This document shows, one piece after another, positions 41,718 through 51,867 of a stretch of 64,000 bases of DNA. The notes beneath the pieces were generated by a model, which had not been told where the DNA came from, did no database searches, and saw only the letters and a list, made by a program, of their open reading frames with translations. The stretch covers positions 8,519 through 72,518 of the forward strand of contig CAZQZN010000003.1 of assembly GCA_964597815.1 (NCBI GenBank). Direction: 5' to 3'. The number at the start of each line of letters is the position of its first letter. Within the stretch, counting starts at the first letter, position 1. The position numbers and the translations under genes were made by a program. Source of the stretch: an uncultured bacterium (lineage in GTDB: Bacteria; Margulisbacteria; WOR-1; JAKLHX01).

Positions 41718-42890
41718 ATGCCTGGTTGGGAACTTATAGGGAAAGAAGAAAGAGATGCTGTAAATGAAATATTTGACAATGGGGGAGTTTTATATAGATA
41801 TGGGCTAAATGATAAAAGAAAAAACATTTTTCGTGTGGATATGTTTGAAAATCAGGTTGCAGAAAAAGTTGGCACCAAACATTGTTTATGTGTAAATACT
41901 GGGACAGCGGCTGTAAAGCTAGGATTAATTGGACTTGGTGTTAAAGCCGGCGATGAAGTTATCACTCAGTCTTTTACTTTTATTGCAACAGTTGAAGCAA
42001 TTCTTGAATTGGGAGCAAAGCCAGTAATATGCGAGATTGATAAGACACTTAATATGGATCCAATTGATCTTGAAAGGAAGATTACCAAAAAGACAAAAGC
42101 AATAATTCCAGTACATATGGCTGGAGTTGCAGCAAAAATGGAGGAAATTGTAGAAATTTCAAAGAAGAATGGAATCCCAATATTAGAAGATAGTTGTCAG
42201 GCAATGGGAGGTATGTATAAAGGCAAATATTTAGGAGCCATAGGCGATGCCGGGACATATAGCCTTGATATTGGAAAAGCAATTACAACTGGTGAGGGTG
42301 GGCTTTTGGTAACAAACAATTTTGAGATATTTCGAAAGGCAAAGGAATATTCTGATCATGGACATGAAAACAACCCATCATTGCCGCGTGGAGAAGATAC
42401 AAGAACCACATGGGGATTTAATTATAAAGCTACAGAGTTTGTTGGTGCTGTTGGCATGGCACAGCTGAAAAAACTTGATTACATTATCTCTAAACAAAGA
42501 GAAAATAAAAGAAAAATTAAAGATTCTCTTAAAGATATTAAGAAAATTGAATTTAGAGAGCTTCCTGATGAAAAAGGAGATGCTGGTGATACATTGATAT
42601 TTTTTGTTGAAAACAGAGATAAAGCTTCATTATTCGCAAGAAAACTTATTTCAAAAGGCATAGGCACAAAAAATCTTCCAGACGCTATAAATTGGCATTA
42701 TGCCGGCACTTGGACTCAGGTGTTTTATGATTTTGATGAATACAAAGGTAAGGACTTGGAAAAGGTTTGGTCTCAGTCAACAGATTATTTAAGAAGAGCC
42801 ATTGCTCTTCCAATAATGGTAAATATGAGTGATGAAAGAATTGAACAGGTAATAAATATTGTAAAGGAAATCGCTAATGAGGTTTTGTAA
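41718..42890 (+). CDS. DegT/DnrJ/EryC1/StrS family PLP-dependent sugar aminotransferase
   Basis: PLP-Lys context YSLDIGKAITTGEGG. RBS aaggag. Confidence 0.8.
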   Translation: MPGWELIGKEERDAVNEIFDNGGVLYRYGLNDKRKNIFRVDMFENQVAEKVGTKHCLCVNTGTAAVKLGLIGLGVKAGDEVITQSFTFIATVEAILELGAKPVICEIDKTLNMDPIDLERKITKKTKAIIPVHMAGVAAKMEEIVEISKKNGIPILEDSCQAMGGMYKGKYLGAIGDAGTYSLDIGKAITTGEGGLLVTNNFEIFRKAKEYSDHGHENNPSLPRGEDTRTTWGFNYKATEFVGAVGMAQLKKLDYIISKQRENKRKIKDSLKDIKKIEFRELPDEKGDAGDTLIFFVENRDKASLFARKLISKGIGTKNLPDAINWHYAGTWTQVFYDFDEYKGKDLEKVWSQSTDYLRRAIALPIMVNMSDERIEQVINIVKEIANEVL

Positions 42891-43532
42891 ATGAACAAAT
42901 TGAGTTTTCTTGGTGTTATCCCAGCACGAGGCGGAAGCAAGGGGATACCAAAGAAAAATATTAAAATAATAGCGGGGAAACCTCTTATTGCATGGACAAT
43001 AGAATCAGCAAAAAAATCAAAACTGTTGGATCATTTTGTTGTTTCTACTGAGGATGCTGAGATTGCTCAAATTTCTAGAAGCTATGGTGCGGAAGTGATT
43101 GACAGGCCATTTGAACTTGCAACCGATGAAGCAACAACCATTTCTGTGCTTCAACATGTTCTTACAAAGATTGAATCTGAAAACATTGTTCTGCTTCAGC
43201 CCACTTCTCCTGTTAGAGATATTGATTTGATTGATCAATGCATCAAAAAATTTGACTTTACAAAAGCCGACAATCTTGCAACTGGATTTGTTTGCAAATT
43301 GTTTGAATATGGGGCATATACTCAAAGGAGACAGGACTTAAATGGTTTTTTTCATGATGATGGCAATGTTTATGTAGTAAAATCAGATCTTATCAAAAAA
43401 GGAACTTTGTATGGAGAAAATGTTGAACGCCTTGAAATTTCAAAAGAGCAAAATTTTGAAATTGATGATGAATTTGATTTTTGGTTGAACGAACAAATAC
43501 TGCTAAAAAGGATAAGCGAGGGTAGGCAATAG
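42891..43532 (+). CDS. Acylneuraminate cytidylyltransferase family (CMP-nonulosonate synthetase, NeuA/LegF-like)
   Basis: GVIPARGGSKGIPKKNIKIIAGKPLIAWTIESA. 213 aa. Confidence 0.8.
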   Translation: MNKLSFLGVIPARGGSKGIPKKNIKIIAGKPLIAWTIESAKKSKLLDHFVVSTEDAEIAQISRSYGAEVIDRPFELATDEATTISVLQHVLTKIESENIVLLQPTSPVRDIDLIDQCIKKFDFTKADNLATGFVCKLFEYGAYTQRRQDLNGFFHDDGNVYVVKSDLIKKGTLYGENVERLEISKEQNFEIDDEFDFWLNEQILLKRISEGRQ

Positions 43533-43611
43533 TTGAAAAAATATTTTGGTATCGAGAATGAGGTTGTATGGAATAACGATTGTATTTTTATTTTAGTAGG
43601 AAGAAGTAAGT

Positions 43612-44652
43612 ATGGAAATTAAGATAAACAATAAAAAAATCGGCAAATACAACCCCGTTTTTATCATCGCTGAAGCTGGTGTGAACCATAATGGCAGCTT
43701 AAAATTGGCAATGAAAATGGCTGATGCTGCCAAAGATGCCGGTGCAGATGCGATTAAGTTTCAAACATTTAAAACGGAAGAACTCGTAACCCAAATGGCT
43801 CCAAAAGCGAATTACCAAAAAAAAACTGTACCGGGCAAATCACAATTTGAGATGCTTAAGAACCTTGAATTATCACAAAATGATTTTAAGAAATTATTTG
43901 AGTACTGCAATAGAAAAAAAATTATTTTTTTGTCAACTCCGTTTGATTTTGAAAGTGCTGAATTTTTGAATAAATTAGATGTACCAGCTTTCAAAATTAG
44001 CTCTGGAGATTTAACTAATATTCCTCTCTTATTACAAATAGCAAAATACAAAAAACCAATAATTTTATCAACAGGAATGTCGACGCTTACTGAAATAACA
44101 GATGCTGTCAAAATAATTTATTCTACTGGCAATAAAAAATTGGTTTTGCTTCACTGTACTTCAAACTATCCAACTAAATTTGAAGATGTTAATTTGCGAG
44201 CAATGGATACCATAAGAAAAAATTTCAATACACTAGTTGGATATTCAGATCATACTGAAGGAATTGAGATAGCAATTGCGGCTGTGGCCATGGGGGCAAG
44301 TTTATTGGAAAAACATTTTACTTTGGACAAAACTTTGCCGGGGCCGGATCATAAAGCATCTTTGGAACCACAAGAGTTTATGAAAATGGTTAAAGCCATA
44401 AGGAATGTTGAAATATCTTTTGGAAACGGGATAAAGAAACCGGAAAGGTCTGAAATGGAAATTAGAAGGATAGCTCGCAAAAGTATAGTAGCGGCAGTAA
44501 ATATTCCAAAAGGAACAAGATTAACAAAAAATATGCTTGCCATAAAACGGCCGGGGGCGGGGATTGAGCCAAAGTATTTAGAGCAATTAATCAACCGAAA
44601 AGCTAAGATCAATATTAAGAAAGATCAAGTTTTGACTTGGGATTTGTTATGA
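43612..44652 (+). CDS. Nonulosonic acid synthase (NeuB/LegI/PseI family) with C-terminal SAF domain
   Basis: FIIAEAGVNHNG, HCTSNYP, SAF domain at the C-terminus. Confidence 0.85.
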   Translation: MEIKINNKKIGKYNPVFIIAEAGVNHNGSLKLAMKMADAAKDAGADAIKFQTFKTEELVTQMAPKANYQKKTVPGKSQFEMLKNLELSQNDFKKLFEYCNRKKIIFLSTPFDFESAEFLNKLDVPAFKISSGDLTNIPLLLQIAKYKKPIILSTGMSTLTEITDAVKIIYSTGNKKLVLLHCTSNYPTKFEDVNLRAMDTIRKNFNTLVGYSDHTEGIEIAIAAVAMGASLLEKHFTLDKTLPGPDHKASLEPQEFMKMVKAIRNVEISFGNGIKKPERSEMEIRRIARKSIVAAVNIPKGTRLTKNMLAIKRPGAGIEPKYLEQLINRKAKINIKKDQVLTWDLL

Positions 44653-45797
44653 AACGAAAAGTATGTGTTATTACTGGAACTAGGGCAGATTATGGAATCC
44701 TTAATCCTGTAATGCATGCTATAAGGAATAGTAAAAATTTAAGTTTATACATTATAGCAACATGTATGCATCTTATGAGGGAATTTGGTTTTACGATTAG
44801 AGAAATTGAAAGAGATGGATTTAATATTTATGAAGGAGTAGATATTTCTTATAAGGAAGATAGCGGAGAAGCAATGGCTTATTCTATCGGTAAAGCAACC
44901 TGTGCCTTTTCTAGAAGTCTTGCTAGGCTTAAGCCAGATATTGTAATTGTTTTGGGTGATCGAGGAGAAATGCTTGCTGTTGCAATTGCGTCAAATTATC
45001 TTGGCATTCCTGTTGCTCATATTCATGGGGGCGAGCAATCTGGGCATGTCGATGGGATTTTGCGCCACGCTATTACTAAATTAGCACACATTCATTTTCC
45101 AGCGACAGAAAGCGCAAAAAAAAGAATAATTAGGCTTGGTGAAGATCCTAAAAAAATTTTTACTGTTGGGGCACCTTCATTAGACAGAATTTTAAATGAG
45201 AATTTGCCTAACGAGAAAAATCTTGTGAAAAAATATGGCATTAATAACAAAAAGCCTTTAGCTTTACTTGTTCAGCATCCTGTTCTAACAGAGAGCGAAA
45301 ATGCTGAAAGACAAATGAGAATTTCTTTAGAAGCCATTAAAGGTCTCAAACTACAAACCTTAGTGATTTATCCTAATGCAGATGCTGGTGGAAGACAAAT
45401 GATAAAAGTTATCAAACAATACAACAATTTTTCTTTTATAAGGTCGATTGAAAATATTCCTCACAAAGATTATTTAGGTTTAATGAGAATTGCTTCTGTT
45501 CTTGTTGGTAATTCCAGCAGTGGAATAATTGAAGCTCCTTCTTTTAAGTTGCCTGTGGTAAATATTGGAATAAGGCAAGAAGGCAGAGAGCGAAGCACAA
45601 ATGTTCTTGATGTTCCTCATGATAAAAACGCAATTGTAAGAGCCATCAAGAAAGCACTATATGATAAAAAGTTTAGAGAAAAAGTTAAAAGATGTAAAAA
45701 TCCTTATGGTGATGGGCATGCTGCGGAAAGGATTGTAAAAGTGTTAAGCACTATAAAGTTAGATAAAAATCTTTTACAAAAGCAGATTACATATTAG
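44649..45797 (+). CDS. UDP/GDP-N-acetylglucosamine 2-epimerase, hydrolysing (NeuC/LegG-like)
   Basis: VCVITGTRADYGILNPV, HIHGGE. ATGA overlap with the upstream gene. Confidence 0.8.
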   Translation: MKRKVCVITGTRADYGILNPVMHAIRNSKNLSLYIIATCMHLMREFGFTIREIERDGFNIYEGVDISYKEDSGEAMAYSIGKATCAFSRSLARLKPDIVIVLGDRGEMLAVAIASNYLGIPVAHIHGGEQSGHVDGILRHAITKLAHIHFPATESAKKRIIRLGEDPKKIFTVGAPSLDRILNENLPNEKNLVKKYGINNKKPLALLVQHPVLTESENAERQMRISLEAIKGLKLQTLVIYPNADAGGRQMIKVIKQYNNFSFIRSIENIPHKDYLGLMRIASVLVGNSSSGIIEAPSFKLPVVNIGIRQEGRERSTNVLDVPHDKNAIVRAIKKALYDKKFREKVKRCKNPYGDGHAAERIVKVLSTIKLDKNLLQKQITY

Positions 45798-45807
45798 GAG
45801 TTTAGAA

Positions 45808-46437
45808 ATGTCCAAAATTTTGATTTTTGGAGCGGGAGGGCATGGCAAGGTTGTTTTAGATATTTTGCTTGAATCAGGAGCAGATGTTTTGGGGTTTCTT
45901 GATGATGATATTTCTAAGATTGGTTCTGTTGTTAACGGCAAAAAAATTATTGGAAATTTAGAATATCTAAAAACAAATCGAAATATTGGTTTGGCATTGG
46001 GGTTGGGAAACAATAAAATTAGAGAAAAAGTTTTTAATTTTGCAAGAGAATTAGGAGTTGAAGTTGTAAATGCGATACATCCAAAAGCTGTTGTGTCAAG
46101 AAATGTAAAACTATCAAAAGGTATAGTGATTATGCCCGGTGCAGTAGTGAATACCAATGCTTTTATTGAGGATGGAGTTTGTGTTAATACTTGTGCATCT
46201 GTCGATCATGATTGTTATTTGAAAAAATTTTGTCAGATTTGGCCGGGAGCCAATTTAGCTGGTTCAGTTCAAGTGGGGGGATATTCGTATGTTGGGACCG
46301 GCGCTTCAATTATTCAAAATGTAAAAATTGGCAATAATGTTATTATTGGCGCTGGCGCGGTAGTAATTTCAGATATTCCTGATGGTGTAACAGCTGTTGG
46401 AGTTCCAGCAAGGATAATAAAGGAAAATAATATATGA
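45808..46437 (+). CDS. Hexapeptide-repeat sugar N-acetyltransferase (PglD/NeuD/LegH-like)
   Basis: N-terminal Rossmann-like ILIFGAGGHGKVVLDIL, C-terminal left-handed beta-helix repeats. Confidence 0.8.
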   Translation: MSKILIFGAGGHGKVVLDILLESGADVLGFLDDDISKIGSVVNGKKIIGNLEYLKTNRNIGLALGLGNNKIREKVFNFARELGVEVVNAIHPKAVVSRNVKLSKGIVIMPGAVVNTNAFIEDGVCVNTCASVDHDCYLKKFCQIWPGANLAGSVQVGGYSYVGTGASIIQNVKIGNNVIIGAGAVVISDIPDGVTAVGVPARIIKENNI

Positions 46438-47810
46438 GTAAAAAAAGCATTAAGGAAGCATTAGCAAAAGAGAATTCTTCAATCAAAGAAGTGATGAGGT
46501 TGATTGATCACTCAGGTCTTAGAGTTGCATTTGTTGTTGATAAGCATAATAAACTTTTGGGTGCTGTTAGCGATAGTGAAATCAGAAAAGCAATTCTCAA
46601 GGGTAAGGATGTAAAGGAACCTGTGAAAGGTATTTTAAACCCTAACCCAATTGTATTGATGGAAAAAGATTTGTCGAATGACTATCTTGTTAAAAAAACT
46701 GTTCGAAAATTACTAGAGCGTATGCCCGATAGCAGATTTATTTTAGTTTTGGACGAAAAATGTAGACCAAAGAAGTTGTTGCCTTTGTCTGAATCTCTTT
46801 ATGGCAAGAAAAAAAAGTTAATAAATAATAAAAGTGTGCTTGTAGTAGGTGGAGCTGGATATTTAGGTTCGGTATTAGCAAGAAAACTTCTTGAGAGAGG
46901 ATTTAAAGTTAAAGTTTTGGATATTCTTATGTTTGGGTCTGAATCAATAAAAGAGCTTTTGGGAAAAGAAAACTTTTCTTTAATTGAAGGTGATATGCGA
47001 AATATTTCAACCCTTACTCAAGCATTAATTGATGTTGATGCGGTTGTAAATCTTGCGGCAATTGTTGGAGATCCCGCCTGCAAAGTAACTCCTGAAGCGG
47101 CAATCGAAACCAATTATTTGGCCAACAAAACTTTGGCTGAGGCATGTAAGTATCACCAAATCAATCGATTTGTTTATGCGTCTACGTGTAGCGTTTATGG
47201 ACAAATGGATGGTGATAATGAGCTTACCGAAGAATCTCCATTAAATCCTGTGTCTTTATATGCCAGATCAAAGATTCAATCTGAAGAAGGGATATTAAGT
47301 TTGGTTGATGATAATTTTTCTCCGACAATTTTGAGGATGAGCACTTTGTACGGATATTCTCCAAGGATGCGTTTTGATTTAGTAGTTAACACAATGACCA
47401 AAACTGCGGTAATAGATAAAAGAATATATGTACACGGTGGCGGAAAACAATGGAGGCCACTTTTAAATGTGAAAGATGCGGCAAATGCTTTTATCAAATG
47501 TTTAGAAGCACCAATAAACGAAATAAGGGGGGAAGTATTCAATGTTGGTTCAAGCGCTCAAAATTATCAAATAATTGAAATTGCCAACATTGTAAAAAAA
47601 TGTATTCCCTATGCAGAAATTATCAAGGAAGGAGAATCAACAGATCCTAGAAATTACTTTGTTTCATTTTCTAAAATTGAGAAAAAACTTAACTATAAAG
47701 TTGAAAGAGGATTGGAAGAATCAATTTTGGAAATTAAAAACGCAATTGAACAAGGCATAATAAGTAATGTAAACGACTCAAAATATTACAATGTGGAGTA
47801 TAACCAATGA
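46434..47810 (+). CDS. CBS-domain-fused NAD-dependent sugar-nucleotide dehydratase/epimerase (LegB/PseB-like catalytic domain)
   Basis: N-terminal ~115 aa CBS pair, then SDR Rossmann VLVVGGAGYLGS and catalytic YARSK. Confidence 0.75.
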   Translation: MSKKSIKEALAKENSSIKEVMRLIDHSGLRVAFVVDKHNKLLGAVSDSEIRKAILKGKDVKEPVKGILNPNPIVLMEKDLSNDYLVKKTVRKLLERMPDSRFILVLDEKCRPKKLLPLSESLYGKKKKLINNKSVLVVGGAGYLGSVLARKLLERGFKVKVLDILMFGSESIKELLGKENFSLIEGDMRNISTLTQALIDVDAVVNLAAIVGDPACKVTPEAAIETNYLANKTLAEACKYHQINRFVYASTCSVYGQMDGDNELTEESPLNPVSLYARSKIQSEEGILSLVDDNFSPTILRMSTLYGYSPRMRFDLVVNTMTKTAVIDKRIYVHGGGKQWRPLLNVKDAANAFIKCLEAPINEIRGEVFNVGSSAQNYQIIEIANIVKKCIPYAEIIKEGESTDPRNYFVSFSKIEKKLNYKVERGLEESILEIKNAIEQGIISNVNDSKYYNVEYNQ

Positions 47811-49003
47811 AAAAATATTTAAGAAATAAAGACAGAATTCCAGCAATATTTGGTGGCACATCTTTTTTTAACAAAGTCATTCCTATAACTGAACCAACTA
47901 TTTCATCTATTTCTGCTTTAAAGAAGAAATATGAAGAGGTTTTAAGGAGCCGGATGATAACTAATTCTAAATATGTAAAAGAGTTTGAAAAAAATGTTGC
48001 AGAATATCTTGGTGTTAAATACGCAGTAGCAGTAAGCAGCTGTACAAGCGGGTTGATGCTTATAATAAAATCTTTAGAGTTAAAAGGCGAAGTTATACTT
48101 CCAAGTTTTACTTTTCATGCTACTGCTCATTCTGTTGTTTGGAATGGATTAAAACCTATTTTTGTTGATTGTGATCCAAAAACTTATAACATTGATCCAA
48201 AAGAAGTAGAAAAAGCTATAACAAAAAAAACGTCAGCAATTTTAGCAGTTCACCTTTTTGGAAATCCAGCAAATACTGAAGATTTGGAAAGGATCGCTAA
48301 AAAACACAATTTGAAACTTATTTTTGATGCTGCACATGCTTTTGGAGCAAAAAGGAGAGGGAAAAATGTTGGAGGTTTTGGTGACGCGGAATCTTTTAGT
48401 CTTAGCCCAACAAAACTTTTAACATCTGGAGAAGGAGGTATTATTGCAACAAATAATAAGGATTTGGCTGAAAAGTTAAAAGTTGCAAGAAATTATGGTG
48501 ATTCTGGGAATTATGACTGCGAATTTACTGGATTTAACGCAAGGATGAGTGAGTTTAACGCTATTTTGGGAATTGAGACATTAAGAATGTTAGAAAAAAA
48601 CGTAAATAGAAGGAACAAAATTGCAAATATTTATAAAAGCGAATTGTCAAAAATTCCCGGTATTTCTTTCCAATACATTTCACCAAGTGACAGAAGCACA
48701 TTTAAGGATTTTTCGATTTATATTGATGAGAATAAATTTGGAATGACGAGAGATGAATTGTATGATGCGGTTTTAAAGGAGAACATAGTTGTGAAGAAGT
48801 ATTTTTATCCTCCAGTACATTTGCAAAAGGCATATAAAAATATTAAAACATTACATAAATTGGACAATACCGAAAATATAACTAGCAGAGTTTTTAGTTT
48901 GCCTCTATATTCTCATATTGATGAAAAAACAGTAAGAAACATTTGTTTTGTTATCAAAAACATTTACGAATACAACTTGAATATAAAACGACTCAGAAAA
49001 TGA
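47807..49003 (+). CDS. DegT/DnrJ/EryC1/StrS family aminotransferase (LegC/PseC-like)
   Basis: FSLSPTKLLTSGEGG PLP-Lys motif. Confidence 0.8.
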   Translation: MKKYLRNKDRIPAIFGGTSFFNKVIPITEPTISSISALKKKYEEVLRSRMITNSKYVKEFEKNVAEYLGVKYAVAVSSCTSGLMLIIKSLELKGEVILPSFTFHATAHSVVWNGLKPIFVDCDPKTYNIDPKEVEKAITKKTSAILAVHLFGNPANTEDLERIAKKHNLKLIFDAAHAFGAKRRGKNVGGFGDAESFSLSPTKLLTSGEGGIIATNNKDLAEKLKVARNYGDSGNYDCEFTGFNARMSEFNAILGIETLRMLEKNVNRRNKIANIYKSELSKIPGISFQYISPSDRSTFKDFSIYIDENKFGMTRDELYDAVLKENIVVKKYFYPPVHLQKAYKNIKTLHKLDNTENITSRVFSLPLYSHIDEKTVRNICFVIKNIYEYNLNIKRLRK

Positions 49004-50181
49004 ATACTTTTGCTTTTATTATCCAAACTCCTTTTACAAATCGTGATTATAAAAGATTTGGTGTTGATCTGCTATTAAATAGAGGCATATCTGTTGATGT
49101 TTTAGATCTTACCAAATTAATCAATCCAAAATATCTTGATTTGTATAAAGTTGAAGATAAATCACTTTATAAAAACATTTACCAAATTTCATCCGTTGAA
49201 CAATTTGAATCTTATGTAAAAAACAACTCTGAAGTTATTTATATAAATTTTATACATGGCAATCCAAAAACATATTTCGTCTATAGAATTTATAAAAAAT
49301 ACAATTCTGTTTATGCAAGTTTTACAGCAAATGCATTACCTGCCTTTACTAAAATTATCAAAGAGCCGAAGTTAAAAAAAATATCTAAAATTTTTAATTT
49401 TCAAATTCTTAAAGAAATTATTTCCAGCAGATTATTTAAACTTGCTGACAAATTGGAGATTATTCAAAAACCCGCTTTTGTTTTGGCGGGTGGAGATGCA
49501 AAAACTAATTACCTGCCCACTCCCACAAAGAAGAGTAAAATAATCTATGCTCATACACTTGATTACGATCTATATTTGGAATATTTAAGAAAAAATAATT
49601 CAAAAGATAGTTCTCCAAAATATGCTGTATTTCTTGATGAATATCTGCCATTGCATCCGGATTTTATTGTTATTGGGGATAGGTTTAAGCCTTATAAAAA
49701 CAATCCCGAATTATATTTTAATGAGATGCGTTATATATTTGATGCTATTGAAAAAGAAATAAAGATGCCGATTGTTATCGCTGCTCATCCAAGAGCGAAA
49801 TACAAAGATACAGATAAATTTTACGGCGAAAGAGAAATTGTAAATGGGAGAACAATTGAATTGGTTGCAGGTTCGAACATTGTCTTGTTGCATTGTAGTA
49901 CATCAATCAATTTTTCGGTCTTATTCAAAAAACCTATGGTTTTTATTTTGCCAAAAGGGCTTAAAGGCGGTTTTTATGATGATCAAATCAGTGGCTTTTC
50001 CAGATTGTTTGGAGTCAATCCTTATTCTGGCAATAATAGTCCGGAGATTTCAAATTACATTGCTCGCTTTGGAAAAGCGTATGAGGAATACAAGCAAAAA
50101 TATATCAAAACCAAAAATTCTCCAGATAAGTATTTTTGGGAAATTGTAAGCGATGAGATTATTTTGAGAGATAAAAAATGA
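49000..50181 (+). CDS. Hypothetical protein. Possible GT-B-like sialyl/ulosonyl transferase, based only on conserved HP motifs.
   Basis: No recognisable family. LHPDF and AAHPRAKYKD motifs. ATGA-coupled to the preceding aminotransferase. Confidence 0.3.
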   Translation: MNTFAFIIQTPFTNRDYKRFGVDLLLNRGISVDVLDLTKLINPKYLDLYKVEDKSLYKNIYQISSVEQFESYVKNNSEVIYINFIHGNPKTYFVYRIYKKYNSVYASFTANALPAFTKIIKEPKLKKISKIFNFQILKEIISSRLFKLADKLEIIQKPAFVLAGGDAKTNYLPTPTKKSKIIYAHTLDYDLYLEYLRKNNSKDSSPKYAVFLDEYLPLHPDFIVIGDRFKPYKNNPELYFNEMRYIFDAIEKEIKMPIVIAAHPRAKYKDTDKFYGEREIVNGRTIELVAGSNIVLLHCSTSINFSVLFKKPMVFILPKGLKGGFYDDQISGFSRLFGVNPYSGNNSPEISNYIARFGKAYEEYKQKYIKTKNSPDKYFWEIVSDEIILRDKK

Positions 50182-50325
50182 GAAATGTAATTGTTTTTGA
50201 ATATGTTGATTTTTTAAATTTGTCGTTATTGTTTATTTTTGTGATTATAATAACTTTCAAAATTGCCAAGATAGTTTTTAGCTGTTTACTTTTGTATTGT
50301 TTAAAAAATATAAAAGGGGTTTTAA

Positions 50326-51867
50326 ATGCTTAAAAAGGAAGATTCCTTAAAGAAAAGATATTTTTACAAACTTATTACCAATTTTGGTGGTATGCTAATG
50401 GGTTTGATAACTGCGGGAATTACTCCTCGCGCTTTAGGCCCTGTTTCTTATGGCAACTATAGCTATTTAACAAATTTCTTCAATCAAGTTGTTAGTTTCT
50501 TAGAAATGGGAACATCTATCGGCTTTTATTCTAAATTATCGAAAAGGCAGAAAGAATCAGGATTGGTAACGTTCTACATCTATTTTTCTACCATTATCTC
50601 CATTTTAATCATACTATTTGTTTTTATTGCATACAAAACTCGAGTACATAATTTATTTTGGCCTAACCAAAATATGATTTTTGTTATTTTGGCTGCAGTC
50701 TTTGGCCTTCTAACTTGGTTTACCCAGATCCTTAACAAAATAACTGATGCTTATGGGCTAACGGTACATGCAGAAGTTATAAAACTTATTCAGCGCGCTT
50801 TGTCAGTGATGATTTTGTTGTTTTTATATTTTTGGGGGATGTTAAATCTTAGAAACTACTTTTATTTTCAGATATTTATATCGTTACTTTTAATTATAGC
50901 TTTATGGCTATTAAGCAAGCAAAAACATAGTACTATAAATTGGAAACTGAATTTTGCGCAAGTTGTTAATTATATAAAGGAATTTTATGAATATAGCCAT
51001 CCTTTGTTTGTATATGCTTTGATTGGATTAATTGTTGGTATTGTGGATCGTTGGATGCTTCAATATTTTAGCGGCAGTGAACAACAGGGTTTTTATGGAT
51101 TATCTTATACAATTGGATCTTTTTGTTTTCTCTTTACCAGTGCAATGCAACCGCTTTTAATGAGGGAATTTTCTATTTCTCATGGCAATAATGATATATT
51201 AAAAATGAGAATTCTTTTTCGAAAATATATACCGTTGCTTTATTCTATAGCTGCATATTTTTCTTGTTTTATTGCTATTCAGGCAAAAAATGTAATATAT
51301 ATTTTTGGAGGCAATAAATATGCTTCGGCTGTTTTGCCAGTTGCAATAATGGCCTTTTATCCAATTCATCAAACTTATGGCCAACTAAGCGGATCGGTGT
51401 TTTATGCCACTGAACAAACAAGGATATATAGAAACATTGGCACTTTCACTATGGTCATCGGATTAATTGTGAGTTATTTTTTGTTGGCTCCCAAAAATAT
51501 GTTTGGTCTTGAAGCTGGCGCATTTGGTCTTGCGCTAAAAATGGTGATAGTGCAATTCATAGGAGTTAACATTCAGTTGTTTTTTAATGCGAAATATTTA
51601 AACATTTCTTTTTCTAAGTATTTTTTCCATCAGATATTGTCTTTGGTGTTGCTATCATCCATTTCTTTTTTTTCATATTTCTTGATAGAATTTACCAAAC
51701 TTAACTTTTTCAATGTTTTGATAAAGTTTATTTTGTCTGGCATGATATATACAGGAATTGTAATTACGTTTGTGTTTTTTTTGCCAGAAGTGTTTGGGTT
51801 AAATAGAGCTGATGTTGGCTATATATTTGATTTGGTGATAAAAAGAAAGAAAGGAGAAAATAATTAA
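50326..51867 (+). CDS. Polysaccharide/oligosaccharide flippase (Wzx, MOP superfamily)
   Basis: 513 aa, ~12-14 TM helices, typical Wzx hydropathy. Confidence 0.75.
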   Translation: MLKKEDSLKKRYFYKLITNFGGMLMGLITAGITPRALGPVSYGNYSYLTNFFNQVVSFLEMGTSIGFYSKLSKRQKESGLVTFYIYFSTIISILIILFVFIAYKTRVHNLFWPNQNMIFVILAAVFGLLTWFTQILNKITDAYGLTVHAEVIKLIQRALSVMILLFLYFWGMLNLRNYFYFQIFISLLLIIALWLLSKQKHSTINWKLNFAQVVNYIKEFYEYSHPLFVYALIGLIVGIVDRWMLQYFSGSEQQGFYGLSYTIGSFCFLFTSAMQPLLMREFSISHGNNDILKMRILFRKYIPLLYSIAAYFSCFIAIQAKNVIYIFGGNKYASAVLPVAIMAFYPIHQTYGQLSGSVFYATEQTRIYRNIGTFTMVIGLIVSYFLLAPKNMFGLEAGAFGLALKMVIVQFIGVNIQLFFNAKYLNISFSKYFFHQILSLVLLSSISFFSYFLIEFTKLNFFNVLIKFILSGMIYTGIVITFVFFLPEVFGLNRADVGYIFDLVIKRKKGENN

